Shown here piece after piece: positions 46,885 to 64,000 of a DNA stretch of 64,000 nt (its first letter is position 1; each line of letters starts with the position of its first letter). Source of the stretch: the human T2T-CHM13v2.0 reference genome, Homo sapiens; contig CP086569.2 of assembly GCA_009914755.4 (NCBI GenBank), forward strand, positions 832,001-896,000. The letters are read 5' to 3'. A program made the translations under genes and the position numbers. The notes under the pieces are model-generated. The model did no database searches, was not told the DNA's origin, and worked only from the letters and a program-made list of their open reading frames with translations.

Positions 46885-47745
46885 GAGGAAGGTTTTCTGT
46901 ACAAAGAGAAGCGACTCACACGTTTAAGAGTTTATGCAGCCAAAAAACACATGAAAAAATGCTCATCTTCACGGGCCATCAAAGAAATGCAAATCAAAAT
47001 CACAATGAGACACCATCTCACACCAGTTAGAATGGCGATCATTAAAAAGTCAGGAAACAACAGGTGCTAGAGAGGATGTGGAGAAATAGGAACACTTTTA
47101 CAGTGTTGGTGGGACTGTAAACTAGTTCAACCATTGTGGAAGTCAGTGTGGCGATTCCTCAGGGATCTAGAACTAGAAATACCATTTGACCCAGCCATCC
47201 CATTACTGGGTATATACCAAAATGACTATAAATCATGCTGCTATAAACACACATGCGCACGTATGTTTATTGTGGCACTATTCACAATAGCAAAGACTTG
47301 GAACCAACCCAAATGTCCAACAATGATAGACTGGATTGAGAAAATGTGGCACACATATACCGTGGAATACTATGCAGCCATAAAAAATGATGAGTTCATG
47401 TCCTTTGTAGGGACATGGATGAAACTGGAAACCATCATTCTCAGCAAACTATTACAAGGAGAAAAAACCAAATAATGCATGTTCTCACTCATAGGTGGGA
47501 GTTGAACAATGAGAACACATGGACACAGGAAGGGGAACATCACACACCGGGGACTGTTGTGGGGTGGGGGGAGGGGGGAGGGAGAGCATTAGGAGATATA
47601 CCTAATGTTAAATGACGAGTTCATGGGTGCAGCAAACCAGCATGGCACATGTATACATATGTAACAAGCCTGCATGTTGTGCACATGTACCCTGAAACTT
47701 AAAGTATAATAATAATAAAATTAAAAAAAAAGAGTTTGCAAGGGT
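46885..47745 (+). mobile_element. Young L1PA-type LINE-1 3' end (C-terminal ORF2 + 3'UTR + poly-A), 5'-truncated
   Basis: tttatgcagccaaaaaacacatgaaaaaatgctcatcttcac.ggccatcaaagaaatgcaaatcaaaa.cacaatgagacaccatctcacaccagttagaatggcgatcattaaaaagtcaggaaacaacaggtgct...ggcacatgtatacatatgtaacaagcctgcatgttgtgcacatgtaccctgaaacttaaagtataataataataaaattaaaaaaaaa; six-frame ORF 47134-47475 matches the ORF2 C-terminus. Confidence 0.95.
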
Positions 47746-47960
47746 GAAAGTTGAAGGGTGTAGAGAAAAACAAAGATTGGGAAGCTGTGTGTCCTGGAGA
47801 CGTGCTGTGTGTCCTGGAGACGTGCTGTGTGTGCCAGGCTTGGCTGATTTCTTTGAATTAGGTGGAATTCCTCTCTTTTCTTGCCAAACATCTGCTAAAG
47901 GATCTTCTCTCTGTATCATGTTTGCTGTCATGCAGCTGTATAGAAAATGCATTTCGCAAG

Positions 47961-48118
47961 GCTGGGCACGGTGGCTCACACGTGTAATCCCAGCTACTCA
48001 GCAGGCTGACTGCAGGAGAATCTCTTGACCCCGGGAGACACATTGCAGTGAGCCGAGATCGTGCCATTGCCTTCCAGCCTGGGCGACAGAGTGATACTCT
48101 GTCTCCAAAAATAATAAA
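47961..48118 (+). mobile_element. Alu with an internal deletion
   Basis: ggctgggcacggtggctcacacgtgtaatcccagctactcagcaggctgactgcaggagaatctcttgacc. Confidence 0.8.
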
Positions 48119-48120
48119 AA

Positions 48121-48431
<311 letters not shown>

Positions 48432-48434
48432 TTA

Positions 48435-48760
<326 letters not shown>

Positions 48761-49070
48761 CCCCCTTTTCAACTTTTTTCCTTTGTACTTCACTACTGAA
48801 TTCTAAAATGGGAACTGGTTTCGTGGTTTCCTTCCTGTGGTGAAAGGCATACAGAAAAAGAAGTCACCGTTTCAGACAACTCCGGCTCAGGAACAAAGAT
48901 GTTTTATGTGTGTTTTAAAAAACTTTTTACTTTACATAAAATTGGCAAACAATACTTGCATATTTTTAAGGCGCACAACATGACGTTTTGATAGATGTAT
49001 CATTGTGGAATAATTACATCAGGTTAATTCACGTATCTGTCACTTCAACTGCTTAATCTTTTTTTAGTGA

Positions 49071-49649
<579 letters not shown>

Positions 49650-49758
49650 TGAGCCTGGCTTATTTCCCTCAACATCACGTCCCCCGGGTTCATCTTGCTT
49701 TTCCAGGCTGAAGACTATTCTGTTGTGTGTGTCGCACATCTTGTGGCTTGTGTCATAG

Positions 49759-50732
<974 letters not shown>

Positions 50733-52567
50733 CTAAATTTGCTTTTTACAGGGGATGCCTTTGCAAAGGTAGCCTGAAGCTACATCAGGGCTCTTGTACA
50801 TGAGCTGGTCACATGAGAGTCTGCCTAAAAGTAGAAGAAGGAAAAAAAAAATCGCAGTCCTCCAAAGGCTATGATAACCAAGGGAAGTCATCCCAAGACG
50901 TGTGAGTGGCTGGATTCTCTATATCCATCCAGGAGAGAGGATTGGGGGTCACTGGGAGCAAGGTTTATCGTGAGACAACTTGAGATGTCTTCCTGCGGGC
51001 ACGAAAAGGACCAAAACACTCTGCAATAGGATTGCTTGGGGCAGAAAGGTCTTCAGCTGACCACATGCTTTCTGAGCACCTGGCTTTACGCAGAACCCTG
51101 TCCGGGAAATGCTGGGTGAAGAGAACACGCTGTCCAGTGGGCTTGGGAGGGCCTCATCTTGTGCCGGCTTCAGCCAATTGGAAAAAAATAAAAGATGAGC
51201 CGATTATGTAAGGCCTGACATGGTACTGAGGGCTCTCTGAGCATAAATTAACTTCCCCACACAGCCCGCCTGTGAGGTAGGTAGGAAGGTGGGCGGTAAA
51301 CGTGTGTGCCAATTTTCATCTGGACCTCAGAGACCCATGGTAGTTCAGCAAAGGCCACACAGTGAGCTGGGTGGAGGGAACGTAGAAACTCTCAGGCATC
51401 CGCCAGGCCCCGTCCCATACTTTGGCAGGGAGGTTTTTATTAAAATGATTAAGGACCGAGGTGGTGATCCCGGGAAAAGTTGTTGAAAAATGAAAGTTTG
51501 GGCCTCTGAGTTAATGGTTTAATTATGCGTCTCAGGATTTGCAAAGAGCACAGTCATCTTATGTGTGGGGCGGATTCTGACTTCCCGTCCAGCCTTTCAT
51601 TTCTAGAGACAATCGGCCAATTTATACTTAGGGGAAAATGAAGGACGAGCTGAAAGAATGGCAGAAAGTCCATCTTCCAAGCTCTTCCTGGAAATACAGA
51701 AAAGAAAGGAGCGTCCTCAAAAAACACCAGCCCACACGTTGACGTCGGCACCTCCTGCAAGATGAGCCGGGCACATTTATTAAGCAGCCGTTTGGCTGGA
51801 AAAAATGGCCAATGCAACTGGGTCTGAATTTCTCTCCTGGGTGTCCAAGGATCAAGGCAGGTAATGAGGTTGGCAGAATTATGAATCGCAATCAAATTTT
51901 TTCTATGACCTGATAGAAACGCCAACTCACTGTATGAGTCTGTTGTCAAAGTCTAACTTCCAAAACGCAAAGCACGCTCCCGATCATAAACGCAGAGATG
52001 GCAGTATTGAAGAATTGTCCCCCCAGCTCCAGCCCCGGATTTCTCTAGAGGGGCTAATGGAGGCCACGACATTTGTGGCATAAAAAGGTTTGCGATGAAC
52101 AGTCTTGCCTGGGGTGCAGGAAGGTGAGGAGCTGTGTGTGGCTTTTGCGTTTTCCTTCACGATGGAATGCGAGTCTTTGACGCCGGCTAGATCCACGTTT
52201 TATGAGGCGGAATTTTTAATATTGAAAGTCAGAAAGGGCTAGATGGTCTTTGGAGTCCCAGTGGGTGAAGTCGAAGTAAAGGAATGTGGTCATTAAAAAA
52301 AAAAAAAAAACAAACTTGATTTTTCTTACCCAGAGGTTGGTACACGGTGAGTCTAATTTTCTCAAAGGAAATCTGAAATCAGACCAATTTGGAGTGTCGT
52401 TAGCTGGGATCTACCTCCAATGGGCCCACATCACCAACCCTCATGTCGGGCACCGAATTTCCGTCACTATTCTGCAGGATGAGCTCTCGCCAGGAATACC
52501 TCCACCAACCCAATGTCTGACTCAAAACTTTGCAAACTAGGAAAGACCCAAAGAAATTATGAAATCA

Positions 52568-53065
<498 letters not shown>

Positions 53066-53066
53066 A

Positions 53067-53350
53067 GGTGGGGTGCAGTGGCTCACACCTGTAATCCCAG
53101 CACTTTGGGAGGCCGAGGCGGGTGGATCACGAGGTCGGGAGATCCAGACCAGCCTGACCAACATGGTGAAACCCTGTCTCTACTAAAAATACAAAAATTA
53201 GCTGGGAGTGATGGCGGGTGCCTGTGGTCCCAGCTACTCAGGAGGCTGAGGCAAGAGAATCGCTTGAAGCTGGGAGTCAGAGGTTGCAGTGAGCCGAGAT
53301 GGCACCACTGCACTCCAGCATGGGCGACTGAGTGAGACTCCGTCTCAAAA
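53067..53350 (+). mobile_element. Alu SINE
   Basis: ggtggggtgcagtggctcacacctgtaatcccagcactttgggaggccgaggcgggtggatcacgaggtcggg. Confidence 0.9.
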
Positions 53351-53504
53351 AAAAATAAGAAAGAAAGAAAAAAGAAAGAAAGCGAAAGAAGAAGGAAAGA
53401 AAGAAAGAGAAAGGAGAAAGAGAAAGAAGGAAAAATGAAAGAAAGAAGAAAGAGAAAGAAGGAAAGAAAGAAAGAAAGAAAAGAAAGAAGAAAGAAAGAA
53501 AGAT

Positions 53505-53551
<47 letters not shown>

Positions 53552-53610
53552 AAAGAAGAAAGAAAGAAAGAGAAAGAAAGAAAGAAGAAAGAGAAAGAAA
53601 GGAAGAAAGG
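53345..53610. repeat. (GAAA)n/(AAAG)n polypurine microsatellite
   Basis: aagaaagaaagaaagcgaaagaagaaggaaagaaagaaag... ~260 bp. Confidence 0.95.
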
Positions 53611-53932
53611 GCTGGGCACAGTGGCTCACGCCTGTAATCCCAGCACTTTGGGAGGCTGAGGCGGGTGGATCCTCTGAGGTCAGGAGATCGAGGCCAGCCT
53701 GACCAACATGGAGAAACCCCGTCTCTACTAAAAATACAAAAATTAGCCGGGCGTGGTGGTGCATGCTTGTAATCCCAGCTACTCGGGAGGCTGAGGCAGG
53801 AGCATCGCTTGAACCCAGGAGGCAGAGGTTGCCGTCAGCCGACGTCATGCCAATGCACTCCAGCCTGGGCAACAAAAGCAAAACTCCGTCTCAAAGAAAA
53901 AAGAAAGAAAAAAAAAAAGAAAATCAGAGACT
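53610..53932 (+). mobile_element. Alu SINE
   Basis: ggctgggcacagtggctcacgcctgtaatcccagcactttgggaggctgaggcgggtggatcctctgaggtcagg. Confidence 0.9.
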
Positions 53933-54961
53933 CCCTGGCAGATCTCAGGGTATGACTCCCCCAGGGTCGCCATAGCTGACTGCATTAGCACGGCCCTGTG
54001 ATCACCGGATGAATGGTCTTGGTGGGACAGGTGGCTGCCGTGATCAAACGGCGTGTCCGCCGGTGCTGACAGGTGAGGTGCGGAGTTGCCCACATGGCCC
54101 GCCTGGGCCTGGTCCACCAGCAGCAGGGAAGGAGGAGCAGAGCCCAGCTCGGTGCATTTGGAGGCGGTTACCAGGGAAACCAGAGGACAAGCTCAGACGC
54201 TTGGGGACGGCCTCTCCACCCAGGCACGTGGAGCTTCATATTAATCGGCAGCCGGGCACGGGCTGGCAGCCCCTTACCCAGACAGATACACACAGAAGTG
54301 GAGCTCCCAGTGATGGCTCGTCACGGCTGATATCTGCCCCAGTGGTCATGTTGAACCGGGACGTCATCTCTGTAGGAAAAGGGGGACGGATGTCTGTCTG
54401 GACACGGTCCAAGGTACATCGCTGTCTGATCTTTCCGAAAAGTCAGCGTTCGTGGCTTGAGCTGGACGCTTTGAAAGGCGAGGGCGTCGGAAGCTTCATC
54501 TCAGGGAGCTGTCATGTGGTATTAGCTTGTAGCACCACCAACCTGCCCTGCCCAGACTGACTTCTCCAGGGCGGGTTTTCCAGGAGGAAGCGCAGGGTGA
54601 CTCTGTTTCCCCAGCGGCTTCCAAGCACTCCTGGGGACCTCTGTTTGTGAGAAGGACAACATCTGTGTCTGTCTGATGGGCTTGGTGGGATACTCTGATG
54701 CATGCACCTGCCGCCGGAGCTCTCTCTGCAAACGTTCTGTGCTGACTTAGGGGAGGCAAAGACACAGAGTTGGAGATCAAGGCTGGTTTGTTCTTCAGCC
54801 TTTTGACTCTTCATCTGCGGCATCATTGCATCTGTTTGAATATTTTTCAAAAAGTTTATCGAAAACACAGCTGCACTCCGACGAAGATCCCCACACTATT
54901 CACAATGGGAAACATATATAATCGACCGACGTGTGTTTCATTTGCTTTTCCCTGATGATTA

Positions 54962-56425
<1,464 letters not shown>

Positions 56426-56745
56426 CCCAGCCTAAATGTTTTTTGGTTGCATGGATGGTTTGGTAAAGTCTAGGCTGCTAGCACACCTGTGCACTGAGTA
56501 GCATACATTGAACCCCAGAGGTAATTTTTCATGCCTCACTCTGCTCCTATCTTCCCGTCTTCTGAGTCTCCAATGTCCACTATTCTACCCTGTATGTCCC
56601 CGGGTACCCAGAACGTAGCGTCTTCTTATAAATGACAACATGTGGTATTTTTTTTCTGTTCCTGAGTTACTCTAGTTAGGAAAGTCATCTTCAGCTCCAT
56701 CCAAGTTGCTGCAAATTACATTAACTTGTTCTTTTTCACGGCTGA

Positions 56746-57113
<368 letters not shown>

Positions 57114-57359
57114 CACCTGTTTCTTTTCCTTCTTAATGGGCATGTAAAATTGTTCTGCAACACTCCTGGCTCTTCTGTGGAAGTGTGATGTCCACGAGAA
57201 GGAATTTAGGGAGAGCAAGCTTGCTTCTGCAGTCCCCGGGAAAGGCAGGTCTGCATGGCTAGCGGGGTCAAGCTCTCGTAGGAAGGAAAGAATGCTCCAA
57301 GACATGCTCTGAACCCAGGAAGAACGCAAGCTTCGGCTCCGAAGCGTTCCGAGGAGGCC

Positions 57360-57660
57360 AAGCTGCCTCTAATCACCCCGAATTATCCGTAAGGGGAGGC
57401 GTCGGGGAGCTGGTAATCCGTGGGGATGGAAGCTAATTACTTAATCACTCGCATTTGTAAATCACATTATTGGAAAAGAAATTACTCTGGTGATCGAATT
57501 ACAGATATTTATCTGCTAATAGCCCTGATTAACTGGCGATGTTAATCTGTCATTTTGAAAGCTAATATTAACAGCATCAATCTCGCCGAGAAAATAAACA
57601 GTTTACGGGAAATAAAACCGGGTGTAATGGAAAGCACCGTGTGTCGGAGTCCCCACATCT
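57360..57660. promoter_or_regulatory. Alu-free, CpG-retaining, TAAT-motif-dense unique segment; candidate conserved non-coding regulatory element (inference only)
   Basis: ctaatcaccccgaattatccgtaag...gtaatccgtgg...gctaattacttaatcactcgc...ggtgatcgaattacag...ctaatagccctgattaactggcgatgttaatctgtcattttgaaagctaatattaacagcatcaatctcgccgag. Confidence 0.3.
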
Positions 57661-58174
57661 AGAGTGTGCTGCTGAGTGCAGTGGCCAAGGTCCCCGTTAG
57701 CCCTTTATGGAAAATACCCTCTGGCTGGGAACGGTTCGGACGAGGCTGACTCTAACGGGCTCAGAGAAGCTGAGGAGAAACACCTGGGGAAAATGCATTT
57801 TGAGAAAAATCCCAAAGGTTCTAGACACGGGTCCCCCAGGGAACGCCCTGCACGTGTATTTATGCAGAGTTCACTCTCGATAAAAAGGATCCCCTGGAAT
57901 TCCAAGCAAGGAAGGATTGAGCTATCCAGCAGACACCCGGTGGGTGCATTTTACGTCCCCTTTAGCCAAATCGATGATCTCAGAGTGAGACTCAGAGTGA
58001 GACTCCGGCTCAAAGAAAAAAAAAAAAAAATTACCAAATAGTGTCAAAACCATAGCTATGTCTTTTCTCAGACAACAATTTGATAATGCTTCTTTTTGGA
58101 AAATTAGCAAGATTTGAGGATGGGGTTTGGATTTGCTCAAGAACAGTATGATGGCAGGATCTGGACCTTTAGCA

Positions 58175-58280
58175 AAACCCCCCTCTACTAAAAATTATAA
58201 AAATTAGCCAGGCGTGGTGGTGGGTGCCTGTAATTCCAGCTACTAGGGAGGCTGAGGCAGGAGAATCGCTTGAATGAGAG
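58175..58280 (+). mobile_element. Alu internal fragment
   Basis: ctctactaaaaattataaaaattagccaggcgtggtggtgggtgcctgtaattccagctactagggaggctgaggcaggagaatcgcttgaa. Confidence 0.8.
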
Positions 58281-58485
58281 TCGATTGGCTGTAAATGTAA
58301 AGGAATCTGCCACAATCTGAAAGCCGTGGGCTGAACGGTGTCTCTCCTGGAAAGCGTGTTGCAATCCAGACTCCAGTGAACGTAACTTGATTTGCAACAG
58401 GGTCTTTGATTTGGAAAGTTAACATGATATCCGTAGGGTGGGCCCTGATTCAATAGGACTGGTGTCTTTATAAGAAGAGGACATG

Positions 58486-58812
<327 letters not shown>

Positions 58813-58814
58813 GG

Positions 58815-59175
58815 GAGGTGAGGACACAGACACACACACAGAGGGACGACCCTGTGAGGACACAGGGAGAAGACGGCGTCTCCAAGCCCAGGAGAGAGGC
58901 CTCAGGAGGAACCAGCCCTGTCCACACCTTGATGTCAGACTTCCAGCCTCCAGGACTGTGGGAGAGTCAACGTCTGTTGTTTATAAGCCACCCAGTCTAT
59001 GGTATTCTGTGACAGCAGCCTGAGATGGACTAAGACATCCCATAAGAAGAGGAGATGAGGACACAGACACATGCGGAGGGATGACCCTGTGAGGCCACAG
59101 GGAGAAGACGGCGTCTCCAAGCCCAGGAGAGAGACCTCAGGAGGAATCAGCCCTGCCAGCATCTTCACTGGAGGC
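58815..59175 (+). mobile_element. MaLR LTR (MLT/MST-like) 3'-end fragment with a partial tandem re-duplication (58815-59040 and 59045-59175)
   Basis: ccttgatgtcagacttccagcctccaggactgtgggagagtcaacgtctgttgtttataagccacccagtctatggtattctgtgacagcagcctgagatggactaagaca; gaggacacagacaca...gaccctgtgaggacacagggagaagacggcgtctccaagcccaggagagag.cctcaggagg occurs twice. Confidence 0.65.
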
Positions 59176-59239
59176 TTCTGTTCTCTGAAAGAGTGAGAGG
59201 AAAGTGTTATGTGTTTCAAAGCCCCCCAGTGAGTGATAG

Positions 59240-59670
<431 letters not shown>

Positions 59671-59814
59671 CCCACCAGCCCATCTTAAACTGTGTCCTTT
59701 GTCAGCCCTGGCTGGCCCGGGGTCGTGTTTGGAGAGGTCCCTGGCAAAGGCCATCGTTGCCATGACCTCCCCTACCCTCACTCCCACACCTGAGAGAGGA
59801 ATGAATGGATAACG

Positions 59815-59985
59815 TCACCTTGTGCACAGAGCACCTGGCATTATCTGTTGGGGAGAAGAGACGTTGCTTCCTTCCTTCCTCTTTAATTTTTTAATTTTTT
59901 TAATGTCACCCTGTGCACAGAGCACCCAGTATTATCTGTTGGGGAGAAGAGACGTTGCTTCCTTCTTCCTCTTTTAAAATTAAAG
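59815..59985. repeat. ~95-bp tandem duplication x2
   Basis: gtcacc(t/c)tgtgcacagagcacc..g.attatctgttggggagaagagacgttgcttccttc.tcctcttt twice. Confidence 0.85.
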
Positions 59986-60205
59986 ATACTGGCAGGGCAT
60001 GAGGACGGAGTGAAGTCTATCTGAGTTAGCTTTACAAAAATGTGCGTCTTCCAAAAATCTGTTCATCCTTCTCACAGCCTCTTTATCCCGTGCTGGATGC
60101 TTCCTGCCTTCAAACATCAGATTCCAAGTTCTTCAGTTTTGAAACTCGGACTGGCTGTCCTTGCTTCTCAGCCTCCAGACAGCCTAAGGTGGGACCTTGT
60201 GATCA

Positions 60206-60617
<412 letters not shown>

Positions 60618-61452
60618 TTAAAAACAATGCAGCACCATAGGACGCCTGCCAATGAGAGAGAAATAGATAATCAGGCATGCTGGATGGAAAACACATTAAA
60701 ACAGTGAGTCACATTCTCTCTCAGTCATGCAGCTATGACCAGGTGTTCTGGATTGAATCGTGTCCCATATCCGTGGGTATAACCTTATTTGGAAATAGGG
60801 TCTTCAGAGGTATAATCAAGTAAAGACGAATTCATGAGCATGAACCCCCATGCAATAGCTCTGGGCTTCTTATGAAAAGAACTCATGGCTAGGATTTGGG
60901 GGCTCCTGAGGCTCTAGATGTAAAAGCATCAGCACTTGAAACTTTCAATCTTACAATGTAACGGCCCCTTTCCTTGCAGTAATGAGTAGAACAGTGTCAT
61001 TATCTGTTTGGGCTGCTGTAAAAAACAACAAAGACTGGGTAATTTTAAAAGAACAAAAATGTATTTCTTACAGTTCTGGGGGCCGGGAAGTCCAAGAGCC
61101 AAGCAGCCAAGCATCAATTGATTCTGTTGTCCGGTGAGGGCTGCTGTCTGCTTCCAAGATGAAAACTTGTCACTGTTTCTCCTGCAGGAGAGGAATGCTA
61201 TGTCCTCGCATAGCAGAAGGCAGACGAGCAAGAGAAAGCTAAATGCTGTATGAAGCCCCTTTATAAGGCCTTAATCCCCCCTATGAGGGAGGAGCCATGA
61301 TGGTCTAATCACCTCTTTAAGGCCTCCCGATACCATCACATTGGCCATCAAATTTCAACACTTGCATTCTGGAGGAAATGCATTCATACCATATCAGACA
61401 GAAATTATATGGCCAGCTCTATGGTTCCTCTCCTTACACTAACCATTATTCA

Positions 61453-61790
<338 letters not shown>

Positions 61791-62044
61791 TATATAGGAG
61801 ATAGACAGTGGAAGGCATTCCAGAGAAGGCAAGCAGTGAGTAGATGTTTCAGGACCATTCTCAGCCCTGAGACAGGAGGCCCATGAAGTAGTGACTAATG
61901 TCCACTCTGAAATGCATTGTGAAGAAGAGACAAAGAAGCTGAGAGCTGCTGTGCTGTCCTTGTGGGCCTGAGCTGTAGTTTTGTCTTTCTTTCAACAGCA
62001 ACAGGGAAGGTGTTGCATGGTCTTCAGCAGCTAGGCAATGTTAG

Positions 62045-62735
62045 CAGGAGCACCTCCCACTTTCAAGTAGGCCTTCACCTCCAAATGGCCTCCACCTCCA
62101 AGTTAGTCTCCAACTTCTAAATTGGCTTCCACCTCCAAGTTAGCCTCCAGTTTCCCAGTTGGACTCTACCTCCTAGTTGGCCTCCACATCCAACTTGGAC
62201 TCCAGCTTCCAAACTGGCCTCCACCTCCAAGTTAGCTTCCAACCTCCAAATTGACCTCACCTCCAAGTTAGCCTCCACCTTCAAGTTAGCCTCCAATCTC
62301 CCAACTGGACTCTACCTCCTAGTTGGCCTCCAAACCACATGTTGGCCTCCACTTCCAACCTGGACTCCACACTCCAAACGGGCCTCCACCTCCAAGTTAG
62401 CCTCAACCTCCAAATTGGTCTCCGCCTCCAAGTTAGCCTCCACCTGCAAGTTAGCTAATTTACCAGCTGGGAGATTATCAATCTGCTTATTATATCAATC
62501 TGCTTATTATATCTTATTATGCCTCCAAGTTGGCCTCCACCATCAAGTTGACCTTCACTTCCACATTGGCCTCCACTGCCAAGTTGAGTGGCCTCCACCT
62601 CCAAGCTGGCCTCTACCTCCAAGCTGGCTCTAACCTCGAAGTTGGCCTTCACCTCCAAGATGACCTCCAACCAACCAAATTGACCTCCAACCTCCAAGTT
62701 GACCTCCACCTTCAAGTTGGTCTGAACATGGTTTG
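62045..62735. repeat. 21-bp-unit minisatellite (~30 copies), interrupted at 62455-62520
   Basis: Unit cctccacctccaagttagcct and variants (ggcctccacctccaagttggc, gactccagcttccaaactggc) in strict 21-bp register. Confidence 0.9.
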
Positions 62736-63944
62736 GAGAATATATCAATGGATGTATATGAAAGCAGAGTGACCAGTGGAGAAGTTGGTGTGGCCACTTG
62801 GACATGATTGATGGACAGGGCTCCAACGGTTCATCAACCCAAGGCTCCTTTCTTTAAAAGCCACACTGACTCAACAGACCAGAGACCACATCTAAAGTCT
62901 ACAGAAGAGCTGATAGCAGGCTCTGTCTGAGATAAGCCACTGTCGATTTCTCCCCATGTCCACCCAGTTCTGATCATGGTGCCTGCGTAAAGGTAGCCTG
63001 CCCTGTGTTTGTCTATTGTCTGAACAATTTCCAAATCACTGCCTCATCTGTAGCTCATTCTCCAAGGTCACTAACCTGTGTCCTGCCTGTCTACAAGGAA
63101 GGAGTGAGATTTCTCCTTTGGTCCTTGCTCCGTCCTCAAAGCTTGAGCACCTCGTCATACGCATTTTCCCTTTGATGGCCTTTTTGTTTCTTGCACTTCA
63201 AATCTGGTGGCCCAGGAAGTGTGGGCTTTGTCCTAGGCACCGATTGTCACATGTTTTCTCCACACTCAGTATGGGCTTTTTGTACAATTAGCCAGTTTTC
63301 TCTGATTCCCTCATACTTTGCACCTTGGAAAAACTGTATGAACACAGTCTTATCTGTTCCCAATCTTATCCGTTCTTTGATTCCCTCAAGCTCCTGCATC
63401 GCTACCTATCTGGCCTGCGGATTTAGCTCCTTGCCTGATTGCTTTGTGTTATTTTTCTTACAGTTGCCTTTTCCATCTGCCCCAAAGACTCATCTCATGA
63501 AAGCAAGATGATGAAGAGGGAGACGGATTAGGGCAGAGGCCGGGCAGGGAGGCGGGAGATGTGGGCTTGTTCTAAACAAGGTGTGAGATCTGCTGTAGAA
63601 GCCAACTTACCAAGGGGTTTAGGCAACACAGCCAAGCCAGCCAAGATCTCCGGGGCTGTCCTGGGAGCACGCCCAAGCCCGAGGTTGGACTTGGGAGGTC
63701 TAGAGAGGAACACCACAGGCTCATGTTTCACTGGCCTGTTGGGACCACGGCTAATTCCACAGCCTCTTGGCTCCTTGGGAGGATATCACACCTCTCCTGG
63801 AACCCGAACCCTTGCGGCCCTCCCGTGATCCAGCGCCACCTCCCTAAGAACCTTTATAAGAAGAAGACATGAGGATCTTTGATCAGCTTCCTTCTTTTGC
63901 AGCTGAAAATATATTGAATGTCAGTAAAAGGTCTCATCTATTTT

Positions 63945-64000
63945 TATATATCTATCTCTGTCTATGTGTCTAGCTATCATCTATCTATCTATCTATGTGT
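63945..64000. repeat. (TATC)n microsatellite at the window edge
   Basis: tatctctgtctatgtgtctagctatcatctatctatctatctatg. Confidence 0.85.

Noticed and set aside
47134-47475. 113-aa ORF MWKSVWRFLRDLELEIPFDPAIPLLGIYQ… as a gene
   Set aside because: It is the C-terminal end of LINE-1 ORF2 within a 5'-truncated L1PA copy (46885-47745). No reverse-transcriptase or endonuclease domains are present, so it is non-functional.
54009-54560. 183-aa + strand ORF in GC-rich unique DNA (MNGLGGTGGCRDQTACPPVLTGEVRSCPHGPPGPGPP…)
   Set aside because: It has a Pro/Gly/Arg-rich composition typical of chance ORFs in GC-rich sequence and no recognisable domain or family. I keep it only as a possible promoter or first-exon region in the findings, not as a CDS.

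Overview
This window is primate (almost certainly human) nuclear DNA, not prokaryotic sequence. I found no operon, CRISPR array, rRNA/tRNA gene or intact protein-coding gene, so I propose no previously undescribed biological system. The premise that one may be present is not supported by what I can see. At least 45% of the window is Alu SINEs: roughly 95 full or partial copies in both orientations, many with readable target-site duplications (TSDs). They are interleaved with LINE-1 fragments (a young L1PA 3' end on the + strand, an older antisense L1 and a nested L1P piece), MaLR LTR fragments (THE1/MST-like and MLT-like), one old RPL14 processed pseudogene, and an unusually large number of tandem repeats. 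The long six-frame ORFs provided (for example 13072-14241, 18690-19934, 49858-50694, 2987-3871) are translations of simple repeats or Alus and are not genes. The features worth a second look are all structural or regulatory. (1) A 49-bp tandem repeat whose units each carry a perfect YY1 consensus (AAGATGGCGGC), next to a CCAAT/TATA promoter-like module and a 1.3-kb CT-rich VNTR. (2) An L1-derived ~100-bp unit amplified about 11 times inside an antisense L1. (3) A tandem triplication of an [L1 3' end + Alu] module. (4) An array of five Alu left monomers capped by one right monomer. (5) An RPL14 retro-pseudogene carrying Alu insertions and internal segmental duplications. (6) Several Alu-free, CpG-retaining, TAAT-rich unique islands that look like conserved regulatory elements. 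Coordinates are read by eye and are approximate to about 10 bp. Repeat family and subfamily names are from memory of consensus sequences, not from a database search.
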